Shown: piece by piece, positions 1 through 13,310 of the stretch
How positions within the stretch are numbered: the stretch's first letter is position 1
Layout of the letters: each line of letters opens with the position of its first letter
Assembly (NCBI GenBank): GCA_951406725.2
Contig: OX597815.1
Span: forward strand, 32,488,001 to 32,552,000
Source of the DNA: Octopus vulgaris
Lineage: Eukaryota
DNA length: 64,000 bases
Reading direction: 5' to 3'
Made by a program: the position numbers and the translations under genes
The notes under the pieces: generated by a model
Databases searched by the model: none
The model's input: only the letters and a program-made list of their open reading frames with translations
What the model was told of the DNA's origin: nothing

Positions 1-600
1 TAATAATAATTATAATAATCCTTTCTATTATAGGCACAAAAATTTTGGAGGAGGGGTTAAGTCAATTACATTGCCCCTAGTACTCAACTGGTACTTAATT
101 TATCGACCCTGAAAGTATGAAAGGCAAAGTTGGGAAAGCATCTCGTCTTCAAATATAGGCCTGGATCAACCAAAGCCTTGCGACTGGATTTGGTACATGA
201 AACCTGAACTAAGTCTGTCATCATGTGTTTATGTATGTGAGTGTACTTGTTTCATTGTCTTGACATTGCACAAGAGATGTAAACAAATGTGTCCTTTGTA
301 CTGTATCTTCTGTGAAAACACGCCCAGCTATGGGAAAATATTACCTTGCTTGGCAACAGGTGAGAGCTGGGGACAAGAAAAGCATCTTGCCTCAGTGAAT
401 TCCCTTCAACCAATGCAGGCATAGTAGAAAAGTGGATGTTAAAATGATAGTGATGATGACAACAATGATGACAATGTTGATGATGATAACTTATCCCTGT
501 ATTCACTCTTCACTTTCTATTTGAACTCTCTCATGTTCATTTTTTTATGTATCTACTATAGTATTGCTTCATAAAAGACTTTTATCCTTTGTGTCCATAT

Positions 601-886
601 CATCATCATCATCGTTTAACGTCCGCTTTCCATGCTAGCATGAGTTGGATGATTTTGACTGAGGGCTGGCAAACCAGATGGCTGCACCAGGCTCCAATCT
701 TGATCTGGTAGAGTTTCTACAGCTGGATGCCCTTCTTAACACCAACCACTCCGAGAGTGAAGTGGGTGCTTTTTACATGCCACCGGCACGAGGCCAGTTA
801 AGTGGTACTGGCAACAACCTCGCTTGAATCTTTTTACACATGTCACCGGCACAGGTGCCAGTAAGGCGACGCTGGTAACGATCATA
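601..886 (-). mobile_element. 3'-end copy of the abundant LINE-tail repeat
   Basis: (cat)n cgtttaacgtccg...catgctagcatg...ctggatgcccttc. Further copies at ~1070-1380, 3600-3825, 10870-11221, 18680-18883, 22800-22990, 26062-26290, 28942-29090, 40410-40610, 43550-43790, 44265-44540, 54665-54755, 56215-56752, 61805-62073 and 63012-63360, in both orientations. Confidence 0.85.
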
Positions 887-2358
887 TGTATGCAGTAATT
901 TTCCAGTTTTGATGGTGATGATGCTATCATCCAATAACTCAGTTATTTTCTCAATTATTGCTCTTAGTTTCTCATCATCACTCAAAATTTCCCACTTTAT
1001 TGTCAATATATACTACTTTATTCCATGTCATATTTCTGAGACACAGATTATGCATTGTGCTCTTCATGGCTTCTGTGCCGGTGGCACGTAAAAAGCACCA
1101 TCTGAATGTGGCCGATGCCAGCACCGCCTTGACTGGCTTCCGTGCTAGTGGCCTGTAAAAAGCACCAATCCGATTGTGGCCGTTGCCAGCCTTGCACGTA
1201 AAAAGAACCTACTACACTCACGGAGTGGTTGGTGTTAGGAAGGACATCCAGCTGTAGAAACACTGCCAGATCAGACTGGAGTTTGATGCAGCCTTCTGGC
1301 TTCCCAGATCCCCAGTCGAACCGTCCAACCCATGCTAGCATGGAGAATGGACGTTAAACGATGATGATGATGATGATGATATTGAAAGGAAATCATTTTG
1401 TCTGTAACTAGTACTAGAAACTTCAGCACATATCCATACTCTTGGCACCATTGTAATTTCATATTTTATAACATCTATAGTTAGCAACAGGATCAAGTAC
1501 CTAAAATACTCATTGAAATGATTACTGACCTATATCTAACCCTTTTGTGTTGCCAAATGGTTGCCAAATTTGTGTATTATAAGAATTTGGCTGAGAAAAA
1601 CTCCTTTCATGTAGAAACTATGCTTACTACAGTCAGAGTTTTGCTTTCTGTTTTGTAGATCGCTTTTGTATTTTAGTTTTTTGGGTTTTAACTTTTTTTA
1701 GAACTGGTAGAGTGCTGGACAAAATGAATGGTGGGTGAAAAAAGTATAGGTTATGGAGTGTGCTATTCATAACAGAGTGAGATCTTTGATCACGTGAGGC
1801 AAAATAGAGTGATGAATGACTGAGATAAATAGAGCTATACTATATGGTTGGCACATTTAAGAATATTTTATGGGTCTGCATTGCTAATATAAAACTAAAT
1901 CAATGTATACCACTGGCGCCGAGAGGAAAAAAGCATACATTAAAGCCTTGATAATAATGATTGTGACTTGGTGTACATCTGTGCATGTATGTCAGTGTCT
2001 AGATGTGAGTTTGTTTATTTATCCAAATTCAGTGCGTGTTAGCCTAAAGTTGTCCCCACCATCACCACCACATCCGCCCAACATGTCACTAGTTCTTCAG
2101 CAAAGAACATACATGCAAACACACACACACGCACACATGCACACACACACACATGCATACAGACACACACACACACACACACACACATTGTGAATGATAT
2201 TGGAAGAAAGTCCTGGCATAATATATTTTAATGAAGAATTGGTATAAATGTGTTTGCTTGACCTAAGACTGATTTCGATCACAATAACGAGACACAATGG
2301 CTGGTGTATCTATTTTCCTCCTCTTCATCATCATCATCATCATCATCATCTTCATCCT

Positions 2359-2390
<32 letters not shown>

Positions 2391-3820
2391 ACAATAATAA
2401 CACCTTCCTCACTGTAGTTGTGGAAAGCAAAAGAAGATTAAAATCAGATTATATGAGAAATGAACATTTTTTTTTCTAGTTTGGGTCTGTCTCAAGATTA
2501 ATGAAAAATAATTTGAAGTTTGTCTTCTTAATTGCTTATAACTCGTTAGATATATGAACCCACTTGGTTGTTTGTCCGAACAGGAGTACAAATAAATTTT
2601 ATATTGAGATACTGATAGTTTGTTGGTTTTGATCGCTTAGACAACATCAAGATTTACACAAGGCAAGAATCTCCAATAGACATCATCATCATCATCACTA
2701 ACCACCCCCATACCATCATCATCATTGTCTTCATCATTGTTGTTGCTATTTTTTCTTCATAGGCAAGCTGATGGTGAATAAAGACTTAGTATGTGGCAGA
2801 TGTAAAAGAGTAGTTAACAATCAAAGCACTAGTAAAAAAAAAAAAACAATTCTTTTTAATGCTTGGTTGGTTCCATTGAAGTAGTTGATGGCTTCTCTGT
2901 TTCCTAGAAATCCTAATTATCTGCAGAAGTGGGTGTTCTGAAAGCATAGTACTCAGAATAAGAATAGAATTGAAAAAGTTCAAAGTACTATTATCTCTGA
3001 GCAGTGTCAGTTTTATGTTGATTGTGCTAATGGAATGTATGCATAGAATGCAAAAGATTTGTGGAGATTGGAGAAAAACAAAGTGAGGCTTTGAACTACC
3101 AAATTCACTCACAAAGCACTAGTTAGCCTGGGACCAAAGCAAAAGACATCTACCCAAGGTACCACAAATCTGAAACTACATGATTGTGAAGTAAACCCCT
3201 AAATATGCATACATTCTTGCCTGCATGTATGCAATTAATATGTACATTCATACATATAAATTTAAACATGTTCATACATACATATTTATTCATTTGTTTT
3301 AAGATCCATTGTTCTATGCTAGCATAGGTTGGATGGGGATGTACTTGTGGCAGGATTTAATGGCCAGATGCTCTTTCTAACACCAACCCTTACCTGTGTG
3401 GCAAATAAACTCTAATTGTGTAGAATACCTGTGGAAGGTGTAGACCCAGGAAGACATGAGATGAAGTGGTGAGAAAAGATCTTTGGATGCTGGGCCTCAC
3501 TGAGGAAATAAGAAGGGACTGGGAGTTGTGGAAATTTACTGTACTTGATACGATGTACCAACTGAGTAAAACCGCTGTCTTCCACACATAGAAGCTTGTC
3601 CTTTCAGGTGCCAGTGCCACATAAAAATCAAACATGCTGGTGCTGTGTGAATGCACCCATGCCAGTGGCACATAAAAGCACCCAGCATGCTCTGTTAAGT
3701 GGTTGGCATTAGGAAGGGCATCTAACTGTAGAAGCCATTTCACAACAGATAGTTGGAATCTGGTCAACTCCATGTCAAATCGTCCAACCCATGCCAGTAT
3801 GAAAAGTGGATTTTAAAAGA

Positions 3821-3858
<38 letters not shown>

Positions 3859-3861
<3 letters not shown>

Positions 3862-6297
3862 CAAAATAAGCAACAAGATATCAATAAGTGAAGCAGAATG
3901 ACCGTTTCAAGCGGCTCCATTTAATTAAACAATGCAATCATTACATCAATTTAAATGCAGGACTATCATCAGCCTCACAAATAAATAAAATTTTAACCAG
4001 TTGGACACATTAATATAATTTTACTCAAATACTTTAACAGAGCAAGAAGATGAAAGAAATCCATGTTGTTGCTATTGTAGCTAAGAATATACTACACTAC
4101 CAAGAAAAGCATTAAGCTTACTTGTAAAGGATTTTGGTTCCTTTCGAATTTATTTGTATTTTTATCAACTACTAAATCTAAGACTAGAGGACTGTGTCTA
4201 TTTGGAATGAAGAGCAAGAGTGAGTTGACAGCACATGGCTAAGTATGGTCATAAATATTGTCAATATATTAGGAGTAGTAAATTGGGTATAAAGTAACTG
4301 TCTATAAAGGAAGCTGGGTAGGAGAAGACTCTAAATCATGATGTTAATTAGCAGTTAAAGGGGCAAGACGCTAATAAAACCTGTGATGTTAAAGCAGAGG
4401 AAATTTTATCAAGGGGTACTATGGGTAACTGTTTATAAGCAATATTCTTATGTTCTATAATGATAAAATTTAAGATTATCACAAATGATATCATAACCAA
4501 AATGGGTAAAATGCGTATATATACATCCATTTTCAACATTAAAAAGGAAAGATTACATAGAATCAGTTTAATATTCATTCATGTACTTAATTATTTACTT
4601 ATTAGGTCGTTTCTATAAAGACCACTCTGGACATTTACTTATGGAATACTGGAAAGATAAACATGCTATGTATTAATTATAAGCCAAGAATCAGAAGAAA
4701 TAAAGATGTGTACAGATACAAACACATATTTATCTATGTGCACACATGTACACATACACAAATATTTATATGTTTATATGGATATAGTATAACCATCTTG
4801 CATAGACTTAAGTAACTAAAACGTATCTACTTATGAACAAGAAAGATAACAATTTATAATGGATATGAGATTAATAGGTTATGCCCATATATGCATAATG
4901 ATTGTATGGATATAGTATAACCATCTTGCTTAGACTTAAGTAACTAAAACGTATCTAATTATGAACAAGAAAGATAACAATTTATAATGGATATGAGGTT
5001 AATAGGTTATGCGCATATATGCATATATACATATATACAAATATTTATACGTTTATATAGATATAGTTAACCATCTTGCATAGACCTAGTAGCTGAAAAA
5101 TCTCTATTTAAGAACAGTAACAACTTTAAGGGATATGAGGTTAATAGGTAAGGATATCGAAGTAAGAAAACAAAATAAGAATTTATAGAAAATAATAAGA
5201 ATTATATATAACTTACATTTAAATCGACAGGGTATTAAAATTTGAGGTAGGGAAGAGATAAAGGTAACCTTGGAAGTAGCGAGGGCAGTTGGAGGTATTC
5301 CGACCGAAGAGATTTTATAAGTTGCAATGTTACAGGTACTATTACATATATGATTTTATAGTTTCTAGAGGGTATATAATTAGGAGATTTACATAAAAGC
5401 CATTACAAATATACATAATATGATCAGTAGGGTAGAACATCATAGAAAGGAACAAATAGTTTAATCACCAAAAATCATGATAAAGTCAGACTAACTAGGT
5501 AGGAGTTTTCATGGGATAGTAATTACATATAGCATACCACATACCATAACATATATCTTATAACATATGCAATGCAATTTAATTAACCATATAACTCAAT
5601 ATCCCACGATTTTATTATATATAATACTAGAGGGCAAGTTTACAACAGATACAACATCAAAATTAATTTTCACCATCAAAGTTCAAGTATGGCACCTATA
5701 ATCACTAATTTCAAAATTACTTAAATGTACAGGTGACGCTAGTATAAATCTTGGAGTTCAGTCTATATTGTATATATTAGATATGTTAGTACTGCTGTTT
5801 CTAATTCCTACATGACCATTAATATTATTTTCATTGTAGAAGTTTAAGCTAGTGTTGACAGTAATATTATTATTATTAACACCTCTTGCCAATTTTATAT
5901 ACTTTCTATTTAACCTTGCTATGATGGTAACCATATTTGGGAGGGTAGAATATGAGATTCTAACTGTCTTACGGGGAAAAATTCTGTTGTATCTATGGGA
6001 AGCAGAGAATTTTTTTTCTAAAATTGCCATAAATTTCTTATATATGTTTGTGGATATGGCACAGTTGAAGGGAATGTTATACCAGATCAAACTTACCCTC
6101 TAGTATTATATATAAAATCAAATTATATATAATAAAATCAAATTTCAATACCCTGTCGCTTTAAATGCAAGTTATATTTCTTATCATTTTCTATAAATTC
6201 TTATTTTGTTTTCTTACTTTGTTATCCTTAACTATTAACCTCATATCCCTTAAAGTTGTTACTGTCCTTAAATAGAGATTTTTCAGCTACTAGGTTA
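3859..6297 (-). mobile_element. Decayed Penelope-like retroelement fragment
   Basis: ORF 5758-6090 (IWYNIPFNCAISTNIYKKF...RYNRIFPRKTVRISYSTLPNM) resembles the Penelope RT C-terminal region 'IWFNPP...TN...IFNRNTVKVSYSCMPNM'. It has an internal inversion (5085-5243 vs 6141-6294), a hammerhead-like motif at 3895-3977 (-), and abuts (TA)n. Boundaries are approximate. Confidence 0.65.
4777..5150. repeat. Three tandem ~130-bp units
   Basis: 'gatatagtataaccatcttgc.tagacttaagtaactaaaacgtatct...ggatatgaggttaatagg' recurs near 4780, 4909 and 5060 (third copy diverged). Confidence 0.85.
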
Positions 6298-7004
6298 CAA
6301 AAAATTAATTTCTCGATCTGCTGTTCAAAGTGAAAAGATCCTAAACTCTTACAGGTAGTCTTAAATTAAGAAAATACATTTAGGCTGAACAAGAAATCAG
6401 TTTGCTATATCATATTTTCCTCTAGTTTCTTGTATGATGTACATCATTTCCTTTTCAGTTTACTCAATGATATTGTCTACTCTCACCATATTGCTTACTC
6501 CAAAGGATCATGTGCATAATACTATTTCTACAAATTGAATTTCACTTTTGGAACATGAATATTTCTATAAGCATGATCTGTAATGTATTTATGCAAATCT
6601 TGCTTTTATTAATGTTTTGAAATTTGTTAGTTTCTTTTGTATGTGTTGCCAGCTAATTCAAACCTATACATAAAAAATTTTCAGTTTATCGCATCTCTAC
6701 GTCAGAAGAGGTTTACATTTTTGTTAGTTTATAAAAGATACATATTATAATTAATTTAGTGTTGTTACTTCTGTATATTGATATTTTCTTCTGTTCTTTT
6801 GCTTCAAATGCAATTTAAAAAAAAATTAATGTTCTAAATTTCAGTAACAAATTATGATAGATTTTTTTATGACATACTGTATTATTTTCAGGATATATAT
6901 ATGTGTGTACGTTTAAACAGAAAGAGGAAGAGAGCTACATATAATTATACACACATTCAAATGTAAGCAAACATCTTAAGTGCAGAGACCAATTAATAGC
7001 CACT

Positions 7005-7079
7005 ATGGATGCAAATGAAGTAAATGTGTTGGCATGTCAAGCCCTAGTGAAAGACAGTGAACCTAGTTTTGAGATGAAT
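7005..7079 (+). CDS. Probable first coding exon of the SLC23/NAT-family transporter (MDANEVNVLACQALVKDSEPSFEMN)
   Basis: ATG in near-perfect Kozak context (gccactATGg) with an in-frame TAA upstream at 6942-6944. 25 codons end at AAT|gtaagt (phase 0), compatible with the phase-0 exons downstream. Candidate acceptor ttttcag at 6891. No homology support for the peptide, so linkage to the gene is inferred. Confidence 0.6.
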
Positions 7080-7186
7080 GTAAGTAATTTCAGTGTTTCT
7101 ATTCTTTGTCTATCCAAGAGCTATGTTGGGTGAGGAGTGGTTTGAATTTTAGTATTTGCACTGTTAGTTCTTGGTTTTATTAGTTA

Positions 7187-7751
7187 TTGGGTTGTCCGGA
7201 AAGTTCGTGCTGATTTTTAAAGGAAAGAAAAAGGTCAATAAATACTTGCCATTGCATTTTTAATCAACCAAATATGAACCATTTTGTTGCACAATGCGTC
7301 TCCGTCTTTCCTTTAACCTGAAAATACCCTCTTCCCAGAATTGAGGTGGTTTCATGGCAAAGAATTCATCAAGGTATCTTTTTACCTCATCTAAGGAATC
7401 GACATTTTTACTGTTAAGTCTATTCTGCAGATACCTGAATAAGTGGAAATCCGAAGGAGCAATATCTGTTGAATATTGAGGGTGAGGTAACACATCCCAG
7501 CCGAGCTGCAGCAATTTTTGTCTGGTTCCCAAAGCATCAAGTGCCAAAAATGAACTTTCTTATCTTCCATTTTAAAGGGTTACATAATTAATACAGGTTA
7601 TAGGAACATAGACCTTCTTCCACGAAAGATAGCTTAAATTGTGCTCTAAATGGAAGTGTAGTCAAATCCTATTTTATGGACTCAACCATGTTCTAAAATA
7701 AGTCGAAAGGTAAGCTACTATAAATTGGCACGAACTTTCCGGACAACCCAA
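7187..7751 (-). mobile_element. Internally deleted mariner transposon
   Basis: TIRs ttgggttgtccggaaagttcgtgc and gcacgaactttccggacaacccaa, with TA on both sides. ORF 7260-7547 has LGWDVLPHPQYSTDIAPSDFHLF (mariner YSPDLAPSD motif). Confidence 0.93.
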
Positions 7752-8384
7752 TATTTGCTTGTTTGTTTCCTTTTTAATTGTATTTTTGTTCTGTTTACCA
7801 CTATATGTTAGAGAATGCAATCACATCATGAAAATAACTGACACATTGTCATTGGCAATTTTCTTAATAAAGATCATCATGATGGTTATCATCATGATCA
7901 TCAACAACAACAGTTGTAATATCTGAAATCATGTCAGTACCATCATCACCATCATCACAAATATATTTTCACACACACACACTCTCTCTCTTCTCTCTCT
8001 CTCTCTCTCACTCATAATTGTTGAGGATGGAACCTTCATCAGTTTTGACCAGCATACTTGAAAAACTTGTTAAATTAATATAAAAGTGGATGAATATTCC
8101 ACAAACATTTATAGCCTTAATGTTATTTCCAAGCCCAATCAGTACAACACAATATGTGACAATGCCAGACATTTGAATTGCTTGTACAATCCAATGGCCT
8201 TCCACAGTTTCTATGGCCTTCCACACTTACATGGCTTGAGTTCAACTAAAACTATGATGAAAGATGCTTGTTTGAAGATGGTATACAGTAAGATCAAACC
8301 CAGAATCTCACGATTGTGAAGCAAGCTTCTTAGTCACTCAGCCATTCTTGGATCCATCCGCATGCACACACACACACACACACA

Positions 8385-9047
8385 TATCCAGAGACTAGTT
8401 TCAGAGTCATTGTCTGGAGTAGCATGGCTTGCTAGCTGAATTTTTTTATTAAGACAATAAGTGCCACATATTGATGGTACAGCACTTGATTGAAAACGGC
8501 TCCAACAGGTAACCATTTATCTGGACAGTGGATTTGATACCACTGTACATCTCCACCCAGCAAAGCCAGCATACAGAGACTAGTTTCAGAGTAATTGCTC
8601 ATCATCTGGATGCTGGCTTTGCTGGGTGGAGATACTTGTCTCCATTTTGAAAACATAAGGACACAGAAAATGTGTCAAGTTCAACAGAAAACGGTGTTTC
8701 CTAGGGTTAAATAACAGTAGCATTCTTCCCTTTTATGGGATTGTCACATTAAGTTGACAATATGCTATCACTTTATCATGCTGCAACTGCCAATGTGCTC
8801 GTAATAAAGAATAAATCTAGCAAACCATGCTACTCCAGACTGATGATGAGTGATGACTCTGAAACTAGTCTCTGGATGCTGGCTTTGCTGGGTGGAGATG
8901 CTTGTCTCCACTTTGAAAGCATCAGGACACAGGAAATGTGTCAAGTCCAACAGAAAACGGTGTTTCCTAGGGTTAAATAACAGTAGCATTCTTACCTTTT
9001 ATGGGACTGTCACATTAATTTGACAACATGCTATTACTTTATTATAC
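8385..9047. mobile_element. Retrozyme-like or Penelope pLTR-like hammerhead repeat locus with tandem and divergent monomers
   Basis: Direct repeat 8605-~8780 vs 8871-~9047 (period 266 bp). Inverted copies of the hammerhead flanks at 8385-8435 and 8548-8604. Confidence 0.7.
8834..8876 (+). ncRNA. Minimal type I hammerhead ribozyme motif
   Basis: Stem I is tccaga (8834-8839) with tctgga (8871-8876). Core CTGATGA at 8840-8846, stem II GAGT-gatg-ACTC, GAAA at 8861-8864, palindromic stem III ACTAGT, GTC triplet ending 8870. Positions 10.1/11.1 are U/U rather than G-C. Confidence 0.8.
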
Positions 9048-9499
9048 TTAGTTGTCTGGATTTCTGCTCCCTTACTATATAGTCTTATAGTATTGAGTTG
9101 AAAGCAGAACTTGAAATAATTAAACACTTTCAAAAATCAAGAAGATTGTTCTGTTTCTGATAAATTACCAAAAAATGCTGAAAGCTATTAACACTCCCTT
9201 TCTTAGACTGAACATGAAAAATGTATGCAGTTATATATATGTGATAGATCTCAGAGGGACTAGTACCAGACTATGACATTGATAGCTGTGCACATTCCTA
9301 AGTTGAACACCACTATATAGTATTAAAAATACACTTTTCTTCACATAGAGTTAGGATTAGCTGTTACAAATATTTGGAATTCTGAAGTCCATACCCTTTT
9401 AGAGAAGCATGGCATAACTTTGAGATATGCATAGAGTAGCCACCAAGACATTCAAACAACAATTAAACATTCTAGTGTTTAAAAAGCTGCATCACAGAC

Positions 9500-9542
<43 letters not shown>

Positions 9543-9830
9543 GGTGCATAGCTTTGTGATTAGGGTGTTAGGATTACAATCATATGATCATGGGTTTGAT
9601 TTCTGGATCAGGTAGTGCATTGTGTTCTTAAGCAAGGCTCATCATTTCGGTTGCTGGTGCTGCCTACACTACTTCTAGCTGCCATATCCTTCATGTTCCA
9701 CTGGGTCAAAAGTGAATGTGTCAAGATGTCTGTATTTGCTTACAACTTCATAAATACGTAAAACAATTAATGAAAGTGTGGTGGAAGCTACCAAGTCATA
9801 ATCACTTGTGAGTGACAGCTAAGCTTTCTG

Positions 9831-9872
<42 letters not shown>

Positions 9873-9874
9873 AA

Positions 9875-10212
9875 AAAAATACAAACTGGGACAAGAACGC
9901 AAAACATTTAGAAGCCGATACAAAAAACACGGACGGGACATTCGAAGCCTTCAATCTGCAGTCAAGAACCGGATCATCCTCGCAATTTCGGCTGATTAAT
10001 CTTGAGATTGCTCCGATCTGGCCGGCCCCAAAGGAAAATCTAAGCCAAGCGCATTAGATTCCTTGGAAGAAAGCCTCGAATGTATACAAAACAAGGATGG
10101 AAAAACGAACGAGGTTACACGAATAAGAATACAAAAATACGTAAAAACAATAATGATAATAATAATAACAAAAACAGGACATCACAGACAGGCGTCTTTC
10201 GACAGGACGAGT
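9875..10212 (-). mobile_element. Dispersed repeat, probably the end of a Penelope-like element
   Basis: The reverse complement matches 59700-60061 along its length. Both copies abut (TA)n/(TG)n. The Penelope assignment is an inference. Confidence 0.6.
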
Positions 10213-12245
10213 AAACTTTGGGCTGGCGTGTTAGAAAAATACCTTAGGGCAGAGAGAAAAAAAATGTGCCTTGCCACAATGACTGCTAAGATGTATGTGT
10301 GTGTGTGTATCATCATCATCATCATTGTTTTCCATGCTAATATGGTTTAGACAGTTTGACCAGAGCTGGTAAGCTGGACAGCTGCACCAGGCTGCAGTTG
10401 TCTGTTTTGATTTGCATGCCTGTCTTTTATGTGTCACTAGCACAGGTGCCCTTTTATGGGACACCAGTATGGGTGCCCTTTTATGTGTCACAAGTACAAG
10501 TGCCCTTTTAAGTGTCATTGGCATGAGTGCTCTTTTATATATAACTGGCATGGGTACTTTTATGTTTCATTGGTGTGGGCACGTTTTATATGTCACTGGT
10601 ACAGGTGCCTTTTACTTGTCACTGGCATGGGTGTCTTATATGTGTCACCAGCACTGGACATAAGCACAATCTCCCTTAGCTTGACATGTCTTCTCAAGCA
10701 TAGCAAGTCACCAGAAGTCTCCGGTTACATACCATTGCCCTATATGAGACTCAACAACCACCTGTGAAAAAGTGGTACAAGTATAATCAATCTCACTGAC
10801 AGTTCATTAATTTCACGGAAATCAAAATCAGAATCGATCAACATCAATGGAAATTGTAGCTGTGATACCAGTGCCGGTGGCACGTAAGCGAACCATCCGA
10901 ACATAGCCGTTGCCAGCCTCGCCTGGCCCCCGTGCCGGTGGCATGTAAAAAGCACCATCCAATCATGGCCGTTGCCAGCCTCGCCTGGCCCCCGTGCCAG
11001 TGGCACGTAAAAAGCACCATCCAACCATGGCCGTTTGCCAGCACGTAAAAAGCACCCACTACACTCACGGAGTGGTTGGCGTTAGGAAGGGCATCCAGCC
11101 GTAGAAACATTGCCAGATCAGACTGGGCCTGGTGCAGCCTTCTGGCTTCCCAGGCCCCAGTTGAACCGTCCAACCCATGCTAGCATGGAAATCGGACACT
11201 AAATGATGATGATGATGATGAATCACCTTAGTTTTCACTCACTAACTTTCCTTTCACTCCTCAACTTCCTTCTTCCCACTAAGTCCACTCACTTGACACT
11301 TACCCTCCGTCTACTTTTCATTGTTCCTTCAGATTTGTACTCTATATACTAGTGTTCCTTTGAAAACAGCAGTCATATGCTCAACTCCTGTTAGAATTCT
11401 ATGTGACTAGCTAGTCTATGTACATCCTTCTTTCAGTATATTCTTGCCATTGGCTGAAATTTTAAGTTGTTGTTGGTAGAATTACATTATTTTTATGGGT
11501 GTATATCTTCTATAGACATATTACTTTCTGACATTATGTATGTCAGAAGTGTGGGTTGGGGCAGAATAGGAAGAGTGATTGGAAATTTGAAAAGAAATTT
11601 TCAAAGACTAAAAATACAGAAACAAAAGAAATAAAGTGTGAGTGGACAGAATAAAAGCAAGGGGAGGGGAAAATGTGATTCGTAAGAAGAGAGAATATGG
11701 GAAAAGAAAGGAAATTTTTAATGCAGTTTCTCTGGCATATTTCATTCTTTTCCCTTCTTAAGTAGCTGCACATATATTTTTTTCACACCAAAACAAGATC
11801 TTGACATAAAGATACTTCCCAATCTACTGTTTAACAAATTAATTTTTCATGGCTTTCACAACAGTTCTATTATTTCTATCACATTTTTTATCTGGGTTTA
11901 TTGAATATTTTAGTTTTCTCTTTCTTGCTCTCTTTGCCTCTTTCTACTATGTGTGTGTGTGTGTGTGTGTATGCATGTGTGTACATATATGAGATATATA
12001 TATATGTGTGTATGTTTATATATATATGTATATATATATATATATATGTGTGCGTGTGCGTGTATGTATATGTTTATTGAAATCAAAATCAAATTCAATG
12101 ACTGGCATCCATGCTAGTGGAGCACTAAGAGCACCATCCAAGTGTGATTGTTGCCAGAGCAACTAACTGGCTTCCGTACTGGTGGCGCGTAAAAAACACC
12201 ATTCGAGCGTGATCTGAATGGGGTATAAACAGTAACTGCACGACA

Positions 12246-12690
12246 ATGTGAAGTATATTTGCCACTTAAATGTGGCTAACCATTAAGGGTGGATGCTACT
12301 GTAGCTTGTAGCCCCAGGAGAATATCTTCTCCAGCTGGCTATTGACACACTTTCTGTGCCCTATCAGTATCTGAAAAGGGAAGCCATCCTTCCCATTGTC
12401 GATCTGAAGTGATACGCACAGACCCGGGTTTCTGGGTATTTACCTGTCGTCAGCACACGACAATCACCAGTCTCCGTTGCGAAGGGGTCCCAATGCAAAT
12501 ACATGTATCCGGGTCTGTGCATATCATGTCAGGTCGATGATGGGAAGGATGGCTTCCCTTTGCAGATACTGATAGGGCACAGAAAGTGTGTCAATAGCCA
12601 GCTGGAGAAGATGTTCTTCTGGGGCTACAAGCTACAGTAGCATCCACCCTTAGTGGTTAGCCACATTTAAGTGGAAAATATACTTCACAT
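12246..12690. repeat. Inverted repeat with ~183-bp arms and an ~80-bp spacer
   Basis: 12246-12428 vs 12508-12690 in reverse complement, with scattered mismatches. Confidence 0.93.
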
Positions 12691-12697
12691 ATATATA

Positions 12698-13310
12698 TCT
12701 ATATATATAAAACTCAACTTGTGTGTCTGTGTGTGTATCTGTGTGTCTGTGTGTTTAACTTCCCGGCACATCTCCTCCTAGCCAACAAATCATAGAACCA
12801 CAAAAAATGGGTCACTTAAAGTTTAGGCGAATGAAAATTGAACTGCGCTATTTCTGTTCCGAAATTCATCTCGCAAGTGCAAAAATTGATAATGTGTTTG
12901 TTTAGGCCTTATCCCATGCATTGAATAGTGAACTTTACTCAGTCAGCTCTTTGACGTGAATTGTGTTCACCAAGCGTGCAAGCATGCGTAAATTGCATGA
13001 AAAATAAAAAATCAAGATATAAAAATGAATCACCGTAAACATTGTAGAAATTCGGCAAAGAAATGAATTTTGGGGATGTAGCCTGGAGGGTTTTTTCATG
13101 TTAATCGTTTGGACTTTGTGAACACATACCAATTGTTTTCATAACATTTTTAACGCTTTGAATTAAATGTGACCATTTTGCATTGAGTCTGCAGTTTAAA
13201 TCACTTTAACTAAATTTTAGCAGGCCGGATTTTTGATCATCACGATGCATCACCAGCGACTCCCTGAAACTCTCCCCTGAAATCCCCGTTGAGCCAGGCA
13301 ATACTGCTAG
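12698..13310 (+). mobile_element. Non-autonomous Helitron-like element
   Basis: Begins A|TCTATATATATAAAA and ends CTAG|T. It has an internal (TG/TC) microsatellite and no TIR. Confidence 0.55.

Noticed and set aside
10870-11060. CRISPR-like repeat-spacer appearance of 'gtgccggtggcacgtaaaaagcaccat' units (also 21580-22210, 53280-53500, 56290-56590)
   Set aside because: The spacers are similar to each other, the units are subrepeats of a LINE 3' end, the context is eukaryotic and there are no cas genes.
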